The translations under genes were made by a program, and so were the position numbers. The notes under the pieces were generated by a model. That model was not told where the DNA came from and made no database searches. It saw only the letters and a program-made list of their open reading frames with translations. Below are positions 13,914 through 26,800 of a DNA stretch of 64,000 nucleotides, in pieces. The stretch's first letter is position 1, and every line of letters begins with the position of its first letter. Source of the stretch: Eledone cirrhosa (lineage: Eukaryota); assembly GCA_964016885.1 (NCBI GenBank), contig OZ024743.1, positions 352,966,001-353,030,000 of the forward strand, in the 5' to 3' direction.

Positions 13914-14129
13914 CGGCGGCGACAGCGAGTTATCACTAGACCAATTATTATAGCAGCAGTGATTACTAATAATAGAATTCCCCTTTAAATCCAAGGTCAA
14001 AAGCTTGACAATGCCTTGTCCACTTAATTACCCAACAAAAATCAGCCATGCACATATTTTTGTGTGTTTATGTATATGTATGTGTGTATCAATGTATGTA
14101 CGTATGCATGAATATGTGTATGCGTATGT

Positions 14130-16113
14130 GTTCAACGGCATATGCAACAAAGAACATTGCCGTTTTATCCAATTCGACATCAATAATTACTACTCCTCCA
14201 TCACTTTACCACTTATCCTTAGAGCTATCAATTTCGCTAAAACACTCACAGTGGTTAAGGATTTCGAAGTTGATGTCATCCTCAATGCCCGTAAGTTGGT
14301 GATTAATTTCGACGACTCTATTTGGATTAAAAAATCCAATAGTACCCCATTCGACGTGAGTATGGGCGCCAGCGATTCTACGGAGGTTACTGATCTTATC
14401 GGCCTTTTCCTTCTTTTCTCTATCAAGGACGAATTCCCCAACTCAGGCAGTGGTTTGTACCGTGATGATGGCTTTTGACCATGACTAAGTGCGGCCCTCG
14501 TGCTTGCGACAGGTTCAGAAAAGAACTCACAGCCTTCTTTAAAGGCTTCAACCTCTCTATTCAGGTTGAGGCCAACCTCTCAGTCGTTAATTACCTCGAC
14601 GTTACCCTCAATTTATCGAATGGCTTGTATTACTCGTATAGAAAGCCGAATGATACGCTTAATTACATAAGTAAGCATTCCAACCATCCTGCCAGCATAA
14701 CCAAGAACCTGGTAAGAAATGTTTCGTTGAGGCTTTCTCGTCTATCTACTAACGAGCATATTTTCAACGACCAGTCCACTTATTACAATGAAGCTCTTGC
14801 TCGGAGTGGATTTGTCGATAAGGTAGCATATACAGAGTACGAGAATAGACCTAGAAGAAATAGATCCCGTCGCATTATATGGTATAACCCACCATATAAT
14901 ATGGAGGTGGCCACACCATTAGCTAAGATCTTTCTATCCCTTATTACGAAGCATTTTCCCCCTACACATAAATATAGTAACATTTTTAATAGAAATACTA
15001 TTAAAATTTCTTACTCTACGACTCCTAACCTTGCACATAACATCACAGCTTCAAATTTAGCTAAACTACCTAGCCGTAGGAACACGTGCAACCCTGTAGT
15101 TAGTACTAACTGTAATTGTAGGAATCGGGTTGATTGCCCCCTATCCGGGAAATGCCTCTCTAGTAACATTGTCTACAAATGTAAGGTTGAAACACCCACG
15201 TCCCGTAGGGCCTACATAGGGTTAACCGCCAATAGATTCAAGCAGCGTCTTTACATGCATACCCATTCTTTTCGTTACCCTCTAAGAAGGAATATGACGT
15301 CACTTTCAGCTTATATCTGGAGTCTAAAAGACAACCACACCTAATATAAGTTACACTAGGAGATCCTAGCTAGGGCTAGATCGTATAACAGAAATAAAAG
15401 ACCATGTGACCTCTGCGCCGCTGAGGCCCTGGAAATACTCTACGCCACAGACCACATCTTAAACAAAAAATCTGAGGTAATTTCGGTTTGTAAACATAAA
15501 TTGCATAAAACTTTCCTGTATTACAGCCCCACATTATACCCTAACGGATAGTAGATCCATACGTGGATATTTTACGTCTTGATGTGGTAGCTAAGTATAT
15601 TTTATGTTTATACCATTACTTATTTGCATAGGTAACTATATATTACCTGTATGTTTTGTGAGGGTACGTATACTTTCTCGTACGTATATTTGATTGTATG
15701 TTATGGCGTATATATTTATATATTCTGGTACATATGCTTTTGGTTATGTGTATACGGGAGTTTTGCTCCACATATGACGTATTTTCTTCGTTTTTTTTCG
15801 TTCATTGCCAGAGAACGTCTCTATGAACCACCTAAGAAAACATTAGTCTACGACTTCTTTTATACCATAAACGTGGTTCTGTCTTTGCGTGTAATTGTTT
15901 TTCACCGCTTCTATTAATGACGTATTATATTCGTTTTTTCCCGTTCTTTGCCAGGGAACGTTTCCACGAACCAAAGTATCGTCTTCCTGTCTTCCTCCGG
16001 TTGCAACGTTTTTTGAAATATTTACTTCTGCGTTTACAGATTGACTTTGTTAGTTTCAGAAGATCCCGTTAAGGGTGAAAGCAGCGATTCTTTGCTTAAA
16101 CTTTAATCTGTTA

Positions 16114-16120
<7 letters not shown>
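14130..16120 (+). mobile_element. Naiad-like PLE (RT + GIY-YIG pseudogene)
   Basis: FIQFDINNYYSSI, FDVSMGASDSTEVTDLIG, LYRDDG, NYLDVTLNL, RRIIWYNPPY, CNCRNRVDCPLSGKC, YIGLT..FKQR..H. Ends in a hammerhead-like motif, then (TA)n. Confidence 0.92.
16052..16102 (+). ncRNA. Hammerhead-like motif with CAGAAGA (U4A) core
   Basis: AGUUU CAGAAGA UCCC guuaa GGGU GAAA GCA gcgauucuu UGC UU AAACU; all three stems form, at the expected PLE 3' position. Confidence 0.6.
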
Positions 16121-16183
<63 letters not shown>

Positions 16184-16190
<7 letters not shown>

Positions 16191-16488
16191 ATACTTTGGG
16201 AGGGTCATGTTGCCAATAAGAAACACACGCACCAGTTGCTTTCACTTCAATTTAAGGACTATGACTATATATAAACAACTATCTGGTTGTGGAACCAACC
16301 AACCAACCAGAAATTTATAAGTTTGTAAATTTGTAAATTTATAAATTTATAAATATATAATAAATTGAAGTGAAAGCAACTGGTGCGTGTGTTTCTTATT
16401 GGCAACATGACCCTCCCAAAGTATAACAATATCGGTTTCAACACACGATTTCAGATAAAGAATCTTGGTAAACAAATTCAGAAACGAA
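16184..16488. mobile_element. Miniature palindromic copy of the 62..5596 PLE termini
   Basis: ~70-bp inverted pLTR end followed by the sense pLTR from actatgact to the same tail ending cagaaacgaa; inside (TA)n. Confidence 0.88.
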
Positions 16489-16519
<31 letters not shown>

Positions 16520-16633
16520 AGGAATATAACGGCTCTGAAGTATACTAGTTATCCTACATTGAGCTAAAACCACACTGTCATACCAAGGGCAATATATCTG
16601 CGTGTCTTGGCACATTGATATACTTGTCAACGA

Positions 16634-16701
<68 letters not shown>

Positions 16702-16752
16702 GCATACAAACATTCATGCATACGTACATTCATATATATATATATATATATA

Positions 16753-17753
16753 CTAGCTGACGCGTCCGGCTGGCGCTCGGCTAGGTATACCGGCATTTTA
16801 TCTTTTCAGGAATCCCCCCTCCACTCCAGTGCAAAGATAGCGCACTCCCTCTCAAGTCACCGAGGGTGAGGGGCTAACGTGCTCTGGTGTTGGGTTTGAA
16901 TAGTTAAAAATCGGACTCAGTTTTGCAAGGACCTGTATGGCACACTGATGCTGTAGTGCAATGTGGATGCAATCAGCTTGTGAACTCACCTGCTCCAATC
17001 TGGCTTGTTGTGTCTGTGTTGCTCTCCTGCCTTCTGCACGGGACCTCAGTTGCTGAAGGCGAGACTGGCGCTGGCCTTGAGACTGGGCTGATCGAATGGC
17101 TCTCGCTTGAGTCTTCATCTGCTGAAGGCGACGTCCATGATCATCTTCAGACTCTCTTGCTCTAGTAACATTTTTTCTTCTGGAAAATCTGATCTTGCGG
17201 CCAGGCTGGGCCTTTTTGGGTGGTATATCGGCAGTAACAATGACGATAAGCCGTTTGTGCTTTCGTGAAATAAATAGGTTTTTGTTTTTGTGTATGCAAA
17301 AATATCTGTACACGAATACATATATATTAAAATAACAGATTAAAGTATAAGCAAAGAATCGCTGCTTTCACCCTTAATGGGATCTTCTGAAACTAAAATA
17401 ATCAATCTGTGAACGCAGAAGTAATTATTTGGAAAAACGTTATCTAATGCAGACTGCCAGACATACAGAGTCATATTATAAGGGCGCTACGTTATAGCTA
17501 TGTATCTATCTAAAAAGACAGACTAAGAAAAAGTGAGGAATGTCGTATAACCGGAAGTGTTGACATTTGAAATTTTGAAGAAGGGAATTTTAAATAATAT
17601 CTTTAATCTTTTAACAAAATTCAGTAGACAAAAATACCCTTACTTTTTTACTTGGAAAAAGTTACATCCATGGTGCAAATTTGGTGTTGTTTGGTCCAGC
17701 CGTTTGGCGAAAAGTTTGTTACATAAGTACGGCCGTCAGCTTTATATTATAGA
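16753..17753 (-). mobile_element. Non-autonomous Helitron
   Basis: Minus strand begins TCTATAATATAAAG and ends with a GC-rich subterminal segment then CTAG, at an A|T site. ORF 16852..17313 has PPKK..GR and Arg/Gln-rich ..RL.. repeats like a RepHel N-terminus. Confidence 0.8.
17344..17394 (-). ncRNA. Second copy of the U4A hammerhead-like motif, inside the Helitron
   Basis: 17325..17441 is a diverged reverse complement of ~16005..16120; the CAGAAGA core is retained. Confidence 0.55.
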
Positions 17754-19040
17754 TAACAAAGAGAGGAGTTGGAAGGTGTTGGGGTGTTCTAAGGATTTGA
17801 TTTCTGTGTTGACTGATAAAATGACAAGTCAGTCAATCATATTGATGCCCCCTCCTCCCACAGCCCCGGCAAACAGAATGGAGAAGGCGTTTCCTCGGAG
17901 GACGGCAAGGGAGAGGCGGTAATACCCGTAGTGGTAGAACACTCAGTCCATAGGACGAGTTAGGTAGAAGTGGTAACACAACAGTTAGTTCACCATACCG
18001 AAAACAATTGTTTCACCTTAGCGGATCTTCAGTTCGGACTGGTCATGGTTATACGGAATAGGAAGATCAACCGTATGAATGCGCATGCGCAGAAACGATC
18101 ACTTCACCCAAGCGATACAATGCCTCGGACGAAAGGTGTAAGGGAGATAACTGCGAAAGTGCGAAACGTAGTTCGAGTTGGTAAGAAAATTAGAATGTTG
18201 TTATTCAATCCGGAGCTTTGAAGTTATGTTAGAGGTCTTTCCAGACATGTGGACAACGTATGAAGATTTCATTCCTTGAATTTAGGCAATCGCTATTGCG
18301 TAATCCCCTTAAAATATTTATCCGTTCATCAATACACAGTCCACAAGACAGATTGCCCCTTGTGTATGGCTTGGACTTAGTGATGGCTTTCTATTGAATG
18401 GAGTAGTCTATACTTGAGTCCTTGAGGGACCATACGTGGCTCGCGAGTTTCGTGGATGATCGTTTGTTCGGGTACCTAAAAGTCGACTGATGGTTCAGGA
18501 AGCGTTCCTTAAATCGGTCCGCCGCCATACCCACATAGGATTTGACCTCCTGTGGTTCATTTAGTCGGTTGGAAGTGACCACAGCTTCATAAACTACAGC
18601 GGGTGTGTTGCATTGCTGTTGAATGGGACAAGCTTCAGGCTTACGGCAAGAGCACCCTGGTTGGGTGCTGCGCTTAGGGCTGTTGGTGATGTGGGCCTTC
18701 ATATTCTTAGCGCAGGAGTACCCTAGTTTTACTCTATCTCTGTTAAAGATGGAGCGGTATTTGTGACCTATGGGAAAGTGTCTATCTAAGAGGGCTAAAC
18801 AAATTTTCCTACATTAATTTTAACGTTGAGTGAGAAGGGAGGAGAAAACCAGATTGTTTGTCTATTGTTACGATTTCTTTTCTTATTGCTGTTGTTGTTA
18901 GTGGGGGAGTAAGTAATAGGTTGTGAGAAGCCGCTGTTAGCTAACGCCGTGTTATAGTAGGGTGCCGCCCTGTCAAAGATAGCCTTATTAGAGGAGAGGT
19001 TAGAGATTCTAGTACTGATATTATTTACTGATATTACACC
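17754..19040 (-). mobile_element. Naiad-like PLE fragment (thumb + GIY-YIG + UTR)
   Basis: ORF 18391..18702: CSCRKPEACPIQQQC, VVYEA, YVGMA..FKERF.NH. The flanks encode IWFSPPF and CGLC. Confidence 0.85.
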
Positions 19041-19335
19041 TCATGTACACACTGGTTTCCCTATTACCCGAAAATGGAACCTCGTTCTTCCCCAAACTCT
19101 CACACTCACATCGACACATACACACTCACACGTACACCTACACACATACACACACACTACCTTCCGCCTTCCCCGCTCGGAGCCCCTGTCTCCCTCTCCC
19201 CCATCATCCACCCACCCCACCCCCACACGCCTCACACCCTTTCACCACTTGTTTCATTTTAATTTTTTTTACCCTCCTTTTAATGTCTTTCCACCACTCC
19301 CCCCTCACACATTCGGAACTCTTTTCCTGTCCACT

Positions 19336-19375
19336 TTTCTCCTGATGAAGGGCTTATACCCGAAACGTCGTCCCC
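19336..19375 (+). ncRNA. Minimal hammerhead core in a PLE 3'-end fragment (stem I poor)
   Basis: CUGAUGA AGGG cuuaua CCC GAAAC GUC; same layout as 62594..62629. Confidence 0.55.
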
Positions 19376-19453
19376 CACCCCCACTCTCAAGCGTAAACCT
19401 AATACTAACACTTTGTACTGCACTCTTCGCTATCGTTTTTGTTTTCTGTTTTA

Positions 19454-19491
<38 letters not shown>

Positions 19492-19493
<2 letters not shown>

Positions 19494-19583
19494 GTTATTC
19501 CGGGTTGAATCGGAGGTAACCACAGTAAGTAAGGTACTCAATACATAGCAGAGTATAAAAGTTTTAATCTCATCTATATTAAA

Positions 19584-19642
<59 letters not shown>

Positions 19643-19830
19643 AGTTTTAATATAGATGAGATTCTACAGGACTAGAACTGTTTCATTCTTTAGAAATCAT
19701 CAGGAATCTCATGATGATTTCTAAAGAATGAAACAGTTCTAGTCCTGTAGAATCTCATCTATATTAAAACTTTTATACACTGCAATGTATTGAGTACCTT
19801 ACTTACTGTGGTTACCTCCGTTTCAACATA
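19492..19830. mobile_element. ORF-less palindromic PLE mini-element centred on a hammerhead
   Basis: 19643..19701 is inverted to 19712..19772. 19492..19582 is an inverted copy of the tail. Same family at 1..38, 53290..53530 and 54340..54375. Confidence 0.8.
19658..19710 (-). ncRNA. Type I hammerhead ribozyme
   Basis: GAGAUUC CUGAUGA UUUCU aa AGAAU GAAA CAG uucuaguc CUG UA GAAUCUC. Confidence 0.87.
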
Positions 19831-21079
19831 TTAACCATCCCTTCTCCTTCGTTCCTTTCTTATATTAAACTTGGTACTTATTTTATCGATTCCTTTTTGG
19901 CGAATCGCTAAGCTACCTGTCATAAAAACAGGCGCAAACGTAAACAAAAATACTTACACAAACGCACACACAGGTTTGTATATCTATATACGATGGGCTT
20001 CTGCAGTTTCCGTCAACCAAATTTTACTCCTCACAAGACATTGTTTCAAACATAATGTATATGTGTAGATGTATGTATGGTTCCGTAACTCTCGATGGAG
20101 TCCTAGGTGCACCATATTGACATACGACGTTTCTAGGGCACTTTAAAACCTGGCGGAGCCCATCTCCTCTCCAGACCTGAATACAGCTGATTTCTTCCAG
20201 AGAAGGATAGCGAAAGTAAAAGAAAGGAAGTGAGAAAGAGATATAGAGGAAGAATCGAACCCCAGTACAAGACTGGTACTTTTTATCGACCTTAAATGGA
20301 TGAAAGGCAAAGTTGACCTCAGCGGCATTTGAACTCAGAGAGTAGAGTGTAGGAACAAATACTTCAGGTCATTCTATCCGACGTTCTAACAACTCTGCAA
20401 ATTTGCCGTCTTATATGTGTATCTAAGCATATATTAAAATATAATAAAACGATGAGCCAGATCTCCGATTTCAGGACAACTCAATATTTTTATGTATTGT
20501 TTTCACCTGCAGCAAACCATGAGTTGTGGTTTCTTTCTCCTTTTCTTCTCCCCAGTCTCAGAAGCCCCGAAAAAGGAATCTAAGTGGTTGTTTCCTTCCT
20601 CTGTCTAAACCATAAAAACAAATTCTAAAAATCAGCAAAAAATAAGATAAAAACTTCAAAAACAAAACAACAACAACAAAAAACAAAACAAAAACACACA
20701 GTGAAGCTATTGTTTTACGTCAAAATATATTACTGTTTTCTCTAGAGGTATACAGAGAAACCTTATATTGTTTTTTGAATAGGATGTAATGCGGCTATAG
20801 CACACAAATCAGAGAATGTAACAGAAATATGCTGTTTATGAAAAACAAATACTAATGAAAAAAATATCCTGCTCTAAATAAATGAAATCTATTTCCATCG
20901 AGATTTGTTCAGTTACAAATATATGAAAACTAAAGAAACGTTCGTTACTGATATATAATTGCCTTACATTGTTGATGTTGAGCCCAAGATCAACCCTGAT
21001 CAAATAAACCTGTGATGAAAGGCATTACAGTCTTGACGATCCGTCTTTTTTTTTCAGGCAGTGTGCTCTGAGACTGCAT

Positions 21080-21290
21080 TGGTATTATCGGTGGAGCGTC
21101 AGACACTATGCTTTGCAGCATATAGTTATGGCCCTTTACGTTCTGAGTTCAAATCCCGCCGAGGTTAGCTTTGCCTTTCATCCTTACGGGGTCGATAAAA
21201 TAAACCACCAATAACGCACTGGGGTCGATTTAATCGACTTTCCCCTTCCCCAAAATTGTTGGCCTTGTGCCTATAGTTGAACTCATTATT
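21080..21290 (+). mobile_element. SINE (dominant family)
   Basis: gagttcaaatccc B-box-like motif followed by the shared core gcctttcatccttacggggtcgataaaat. Confidence 0.75.
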
Positions 21291-21664
21291 TAAAGGGTAC
21301 TTTAAGTCGATAGGGTGTGATTGGAAGAAAATATGGTTGTTATAGTTAGCAGATCGAGTGACCGTGCAGAGGCTAGTTCCTTTGTTGGTTTGGAATGCCT
21401 GGCGTCATCATACAATGGTGTTCTCTCAGGTGTCTGAAATACTCTGGTAACTGGAGTCAAGTTATTTCCTATCTTTATAAACACTAGCAGAAAAACCGCC
21501 CTTCGAGCGGTTTTCTGCTAGCATATGTAGTGTTCATATTGGTATTATACGCAAATATATATGCATATAGATATATGTAAATTGAAAAGTAAATTGACAA
21601 TATCTTCTTCATCCACTTATTTCTGAGAGGGTCGTGGGGGGGGGGGGGGGGGGGGCAGAGCCCT

Positions 21665-22005
21665 TCTCAAACACTCCTTCCAGCGAGTCTGTCAGTAGCA
21701 AACATCTGTAACTGATCCAGCTGGATCCCAAAGCGTGACCAGCCAAGCAAATGTATGTTATCCCACTATCTTGCTCAGGGTCTACTTGTGGGTCTCTTGC
21801 CGGTTGGTTTTGCCTGTAAAATGTGTCCAGCGATTCTTTACTGAGACATTCTAACCGCATGCTCATAATATCGGAGTTGTGATCTCTCAATTCGGAGAAG
21901 TAGCGGCTCTATCAGGAGGAATACCATTTCTGCCACTTTTATTTGCAATTGTATTCTTTTGGTCATTACTCAAGATTCATGATCCTCGGTAAGAGTTGGC
22001 AGGAA
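21665..22005 (-). mobile_element. Degenerate RTE-type LINE 3' fragment
   Basis: Homologous to 23425..23840 (RMSQE, RPRA.W coding remnants). Confidence 0.6.
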
Positions 22006-23424
22006 TACCGATTGTGTTGTTATTTCAGTTTACCTTTTGCATACATATATATATGTAAACTTAAGACAAATAATAAAAAGAGAACAAGACAACGAACGAA
22101 AAACAATTTTAAGGGTAGATATGGGGAAGCTATGGGCTTCAGTTCCTCATAGCGGTCGTTGACAAATTCTTTCTCCGTCTTTTAAGGGTGTTCACCCTAT
22201 TTTAGAAGCAATCTTTATAGCATTTCTGCGCTTGAGTACTTTCTTTATACTTATATACAGCTAGAGCTGTCGAAACGGCCGGAGCTTAGCTGTGGGGGTC
22301 CTGACTCTTTTCCTATTACCCACTCTACCACCCTAAGTATCGAGTACTCTTGTGCGTTATGGTCCACCTGGTTCCTTACCACACTTTCTTTGTACTTATA
22401 TAGTATGAATATTGAGTTTCCCTGCTTTGTAGTTGGAACGTCCGGCTGGGTGCACAGAATGCAGTGTCGACAGTAAAGTATAAATCACAAATTTCTCGAT
22501 TAGTTATTCGATACCCAATGTAGGTGATGAATTAGCAGAATCATTAGACGTCTGATAAAATGCCTTGCGGCATTTGTTCCATCTAAACTCAAATCCCGCT
22601 GATGACAACTTCGTTTCTTATTCTTTTGAGGTTCATAAAATAAAATACTAATCTGTGACGGTGGGTTGATGGAATTGTTAGAACATCAGACAAGATATAT
22701 TGTGATATTTGTTCAGGTTGTTTGCCTTCTAGTTTTTTGTCTGGTAGACGTAATACGACGCTTGGTTTAACCATCAACTGGTTTGTGGATGTCTTTAGTG
22801 GAGTCCATTCTGTAACTGTTCAAACATGGTCTTTGGTTTGAGAACAACTTCCTCCATTTCCTCCAACTACCTCATGGGCCCTGAAAAAAGAATCATGCTC
22901 GCTGCATTTTCCTCGCTTACTAAACGGTAACAAGGAGCCCATCCTGTCGGCCATTTATTATTCAGTATTGTATTTTTTACTAGTTTACATTACATCTAAA
23001 CTGCAAGTGTAGCAGCTATAAATACCTTATGCTATGATCATAAAAGCTGTACAATAAACCATAACCATTTCTTCAATAACAAGATAAAAGAAAAAAAAAC
23101 AGACTTCAACTTTGTACGTTTGTTGCAAGTTAAACATACATACCTAAATGTTTACGGCTAACATCTGGTATAGTTTCAGCAGGTTATATAAAGCAGGTTA
23201 TATAAGATAAGGCAAGCACCATCTTACTCAAAGAACAATACATACCTTGGTTCTAGATTCCAGGCCACTGGCGCCCATCTCGAAAGTAACTGATTTCTAA
23301 CAGATTAGAACGAACAAAAAGAAGAAAAAAACACACAACGAACGGATAGCAAACAAACCAAAAAACGAAAACGAGGAAAGATAAGAAAACTAAATAGATC
23401 AAAATTATTTTTCTTCTTCACCCA

Positions 23425-23840
23425 CTATTCCTGAGTGGGTCGTGAGGGAAGATTCCTCAAACGCTCCTTCCAGCGGATCCTGTTAGAAGCAACCGACACT
23501 AAATGATCCGGCTGGATACCCAAGCGAGACCAGTCGAGTTCATGGATGTTATCCAACCATCTTGCTCGGGGTCTACCCCTCGGTTTTTTGCCGATTGGTT
23601 TTGTCTGTAAAATCTGTCCAGTGATTCTTTCCTGAGACATTCTAACCACATGCCCGTAATATCTGAGCTGTGATCTCTAAATTCAGAGACATAGCGGCTC
23701 TACCTGGAGCAAGTCTCTGATCTCTGAGCTACGCACTCTATCGAGTAACGTTACTCCAAAGACCCTTCGGAGGAACCCTATTTCGACCGTTTGTATTCGC
23801 GATCGTATTCTTTTGGTCACTACCCAAGATTCATGGCCAA
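23425..23840 (-). mobile_element. RTE-type LINE 3' fragment
   Basis: Encodes LRYYGHVVRMSQERIT..IL...GKKPRGRPRARWLD, typical of the RTE ORF C-terminus. Confidence 0.75.
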
Positions 23841-24398
23841 AATTGTCTGAAGAAAATATCCATATTGTTCCTCCTGGTTATAAAATGTTCTTCTTGGTAT
23901 ATATAACTTCCTAACGTTAGTACGAAGCCATGATTTGGGGGCGGGGATCGTGGGGTAGAAAAGAGTCGATTGTATTGATTACAGTATATCATTGGTTCCT
24001 ATTATATCGACCCTGTGTCGAGCGATGAGATAAAGATAAAGTTGACCTCGAATGTAAAGAGTTACAACTAAATACAGCATGGCAATATAACTTATGCCCA
24101 GTGACGCCACCCTTCGTTGAATGACTTCTGTATCATAGGCAAAAGAGAGATTGAATTGTCTCCCTCCCCTAGTAAAATACTTGTCTTGGACCTCCGTCGT
24201 TTCCGACGGTGACTACTCCAAATGTTCGAACAATATTACACCCTGCTCGGGAAATAAAATAAAAGTGACTTAACGTAGTTCTTGGGAAGATTCGGTGTGG
24301 CACAGTGTGTGACAAGACTGGAATTTCAAATTATAGATACAGCCCATCCGACAGCCTTCAAAAGAGTTTCCGTGTACCCAGTTTCATTCAATTTAAAG

Positions 24399-24735
24399 CA
24401 GAGGTTCTCAAAGTGGGGGTCCGGATGGGGGGGGGGGGGGAAGTTCCAGAGGGCGCTACGGCCTAAGGGGGCAGTAGAGATTATACAATAGTATATTAAA
24501 TATCAAATGAAACAGATATATAAATATAGTAAAATAAAAAAAATATATAATATTTATTTACACATAATATATATTATATTATTTATTATATATAAATTAA
24601 CCATTTTATTTATTATATATTATTTACAATTTGCGTGTAGGCAGGTCTCTCTAGAAATAGGGGTGGGGGCGCCGAGGGTATTACATGGCTGTGAGGGGTG
24701 GGGTGGTGGTGGTCCAAGAAGTATCAGAACTTCTG
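24399..24735. mobile_element. hAT (Charlie-like) MITE
   Basis: TIRs CAGAGGTTCT / AGAACTTCTG, with a perfect 8-bp TSD ATTTAAAG at 24391..24398 and 24736..24743. Confidence 0.88.
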
Positions 24736-25229
24736 ATTTAAAGAAAAGTTGACCTTTATGAATATCTGAAACGTAAAGTGAAGTAACTAAATACAACCGA
24801 TTTTACCATACGTTGCTATATTTTTGGATGCGAACAACTTACGTGTACTGTTTTCTTCGTTTTGTTTTCTAACTCAATACAATTGTACCATATTTTAGAA
24901 TATGAAGTGTTGCGTTCATGTCTAGCCCAATAGCCTTAGTAGTACAAATTAAATAAGATAACTTTCGCGGGAATGCTTTCGCCGTCTTGTCCGCGGTGCG
25001 CAGCCCCAATACCACCGTACCCTTGGCCTAGAACCTATCACCATCCACCCCCTTCCATTCTTCTGTGACCCTACAGCCCTTGCCTTTCCCTTCCTTTTCC
25101 ATTTTCATAACCACAAAAGACACTTGCAAAAACTAGCGGTGGTTATATTTAATAAGTTAACTTAAACCAGAATTTTATGTAAACAACATTGTAAATATGA
25201 AGTATCAAAGCGTTTGGTTAGATTTGAAA

Positions 25230-25474
25230 TTCTTAGAATATGTAGGAATCCCAAACGCAGAAAATGACTGTAACAACAGTCAATTGCTATAAACAATAGC
25301 CTAGAAGTTGGGTAAAATACCTCTATAGACGGAGTGTGATTTTTTTGTATCAGCAGCTGTCCACTTTTTTCCGTCTATGGGGGTATTTTACTCTATTTTC
25401 TAGGCTATTGTTTATAGCACTTGACTGTGGCTACATCCATTTTCTAGGGTTGGGATTCCTACATCTGTTAAGAA
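25230..25474. mobile_element. Foldback/MITE-like element with ~100-bp imperfect inverted arms
   Basis: atgtaggaatcccaa...gctataaacaatagcctagaa pairs with ttctaggctattgtttatagc...ttgggattcctacat. A related end occurs at ~61731. Confidence 0.7.
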
Positions 25475-26529
25475 CTTAAACCAGAAAATGAAATCTCGTC
25501 ATCTCGTCGGTTTGTCGGTAAGATACTTTTTATTCTACGCTGCTTATCACGAATACTTCTGTATTCTTGCTCTTGTTCTTGTTAGTTTCCAGGTCTTTCC
25601 GAGATCAATATATAAAATTAACTACCTTCCAATTACTAGGTGGACGTGTCAATATCACTGACTGTATCCCCTAATAGATTTGTAGGCTTAGTTGTTGTTA
25701 TTTAGCCCGAAGTCAGCAATGATCTTGCAGACCTATGATCCAGCTACTGCCGTTCTATCTTTTATTCAAATATCAGCCTGGTCTACTTGGCTTTCATCTT
25801 TCCGAGTGAAATACTAGCGTCAATTTCATTAACTATACCTCTACCCGCGAAAGATACGTAGTCTTGTACACATGTTAGAAATCCTTATAATTGAATTGAG
25901 CTATCTTTAAACAAATTCAAATATTTCTTTAACGTATCATGGAAAGGTACTGTTATCTTGAACTTCCGACACCATAAGTAACATTATCATCAGCATCAAC
26001 ACTGCCATGATCATCATGATCATCATGATCATCATGATAATTGTTTCTACTTTTGGCACAAGGCCAGTAATTATCTCAGTACGTTGCTGGTACTTTGGTG
26101 ATCATGATAATGATCATCAAAAAGATATGCTGTGTTGTAACTGTCGTCATAATAAACACATCCAGTTCGCTCTATAATAGTGGTTGGTGATAGAAAGGTC
26201 ATCCAGCTGTAAAATCCTTTCCAAACTTATCGTCCTATCATTCAAGTAAACAGTATATATATATATATATATATGTGTGTGTGCGTGTGTGTGTATTGCC
26301 AGCTAACAATAATTATGTTCACACAGGTCATATTGGTGATAGATACAGAAAGGTGCTAGCTGTCAGCAATACTAACTATCGTAATCTATTCACATTGGTA
26401 TAATTTTCTAATAGTTGCTTTCAGGATAACAAATATTAGTTAATTTTTAGTGGGAAAACTGGAATGCGAAGCGTTGACTTTCAAGCCGTTCTACAGGACC
26501 TTAGTAACATCAGGTTTAAAGCGCATATC

Positions 26530-26800
26530 TTCCATGCGGCGCAATATGCTTCTAATCAAGACACTTTATTTCACGTTGCTTAAGTCCATACACCTAACAA
26601 AAATGAGTTGTACCTGTAATTCAAAGGACCAGCATTATCACATTGTATGTCATGTTGAATTTCCCTGGAGATTACGTTATGGATACAAGTATCTGTAGAA
26701 TGCTCAGTCACCTACATGTTAATTTCACCATCACATAGTTCCAATGCTCGAACAACTAGAAAAATTGTCGCCGAAACTGACGGAGGTCCAGTACCAGTGA
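26530..26800 (+). mobile_element. Old SINE (second family)
   Basis: aatgctcagtcacctacatgttaatttcac matches the reverse complement of 6607..6635 and resembles a conserved mollusc SINE central domain. Confidence 0.55.
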
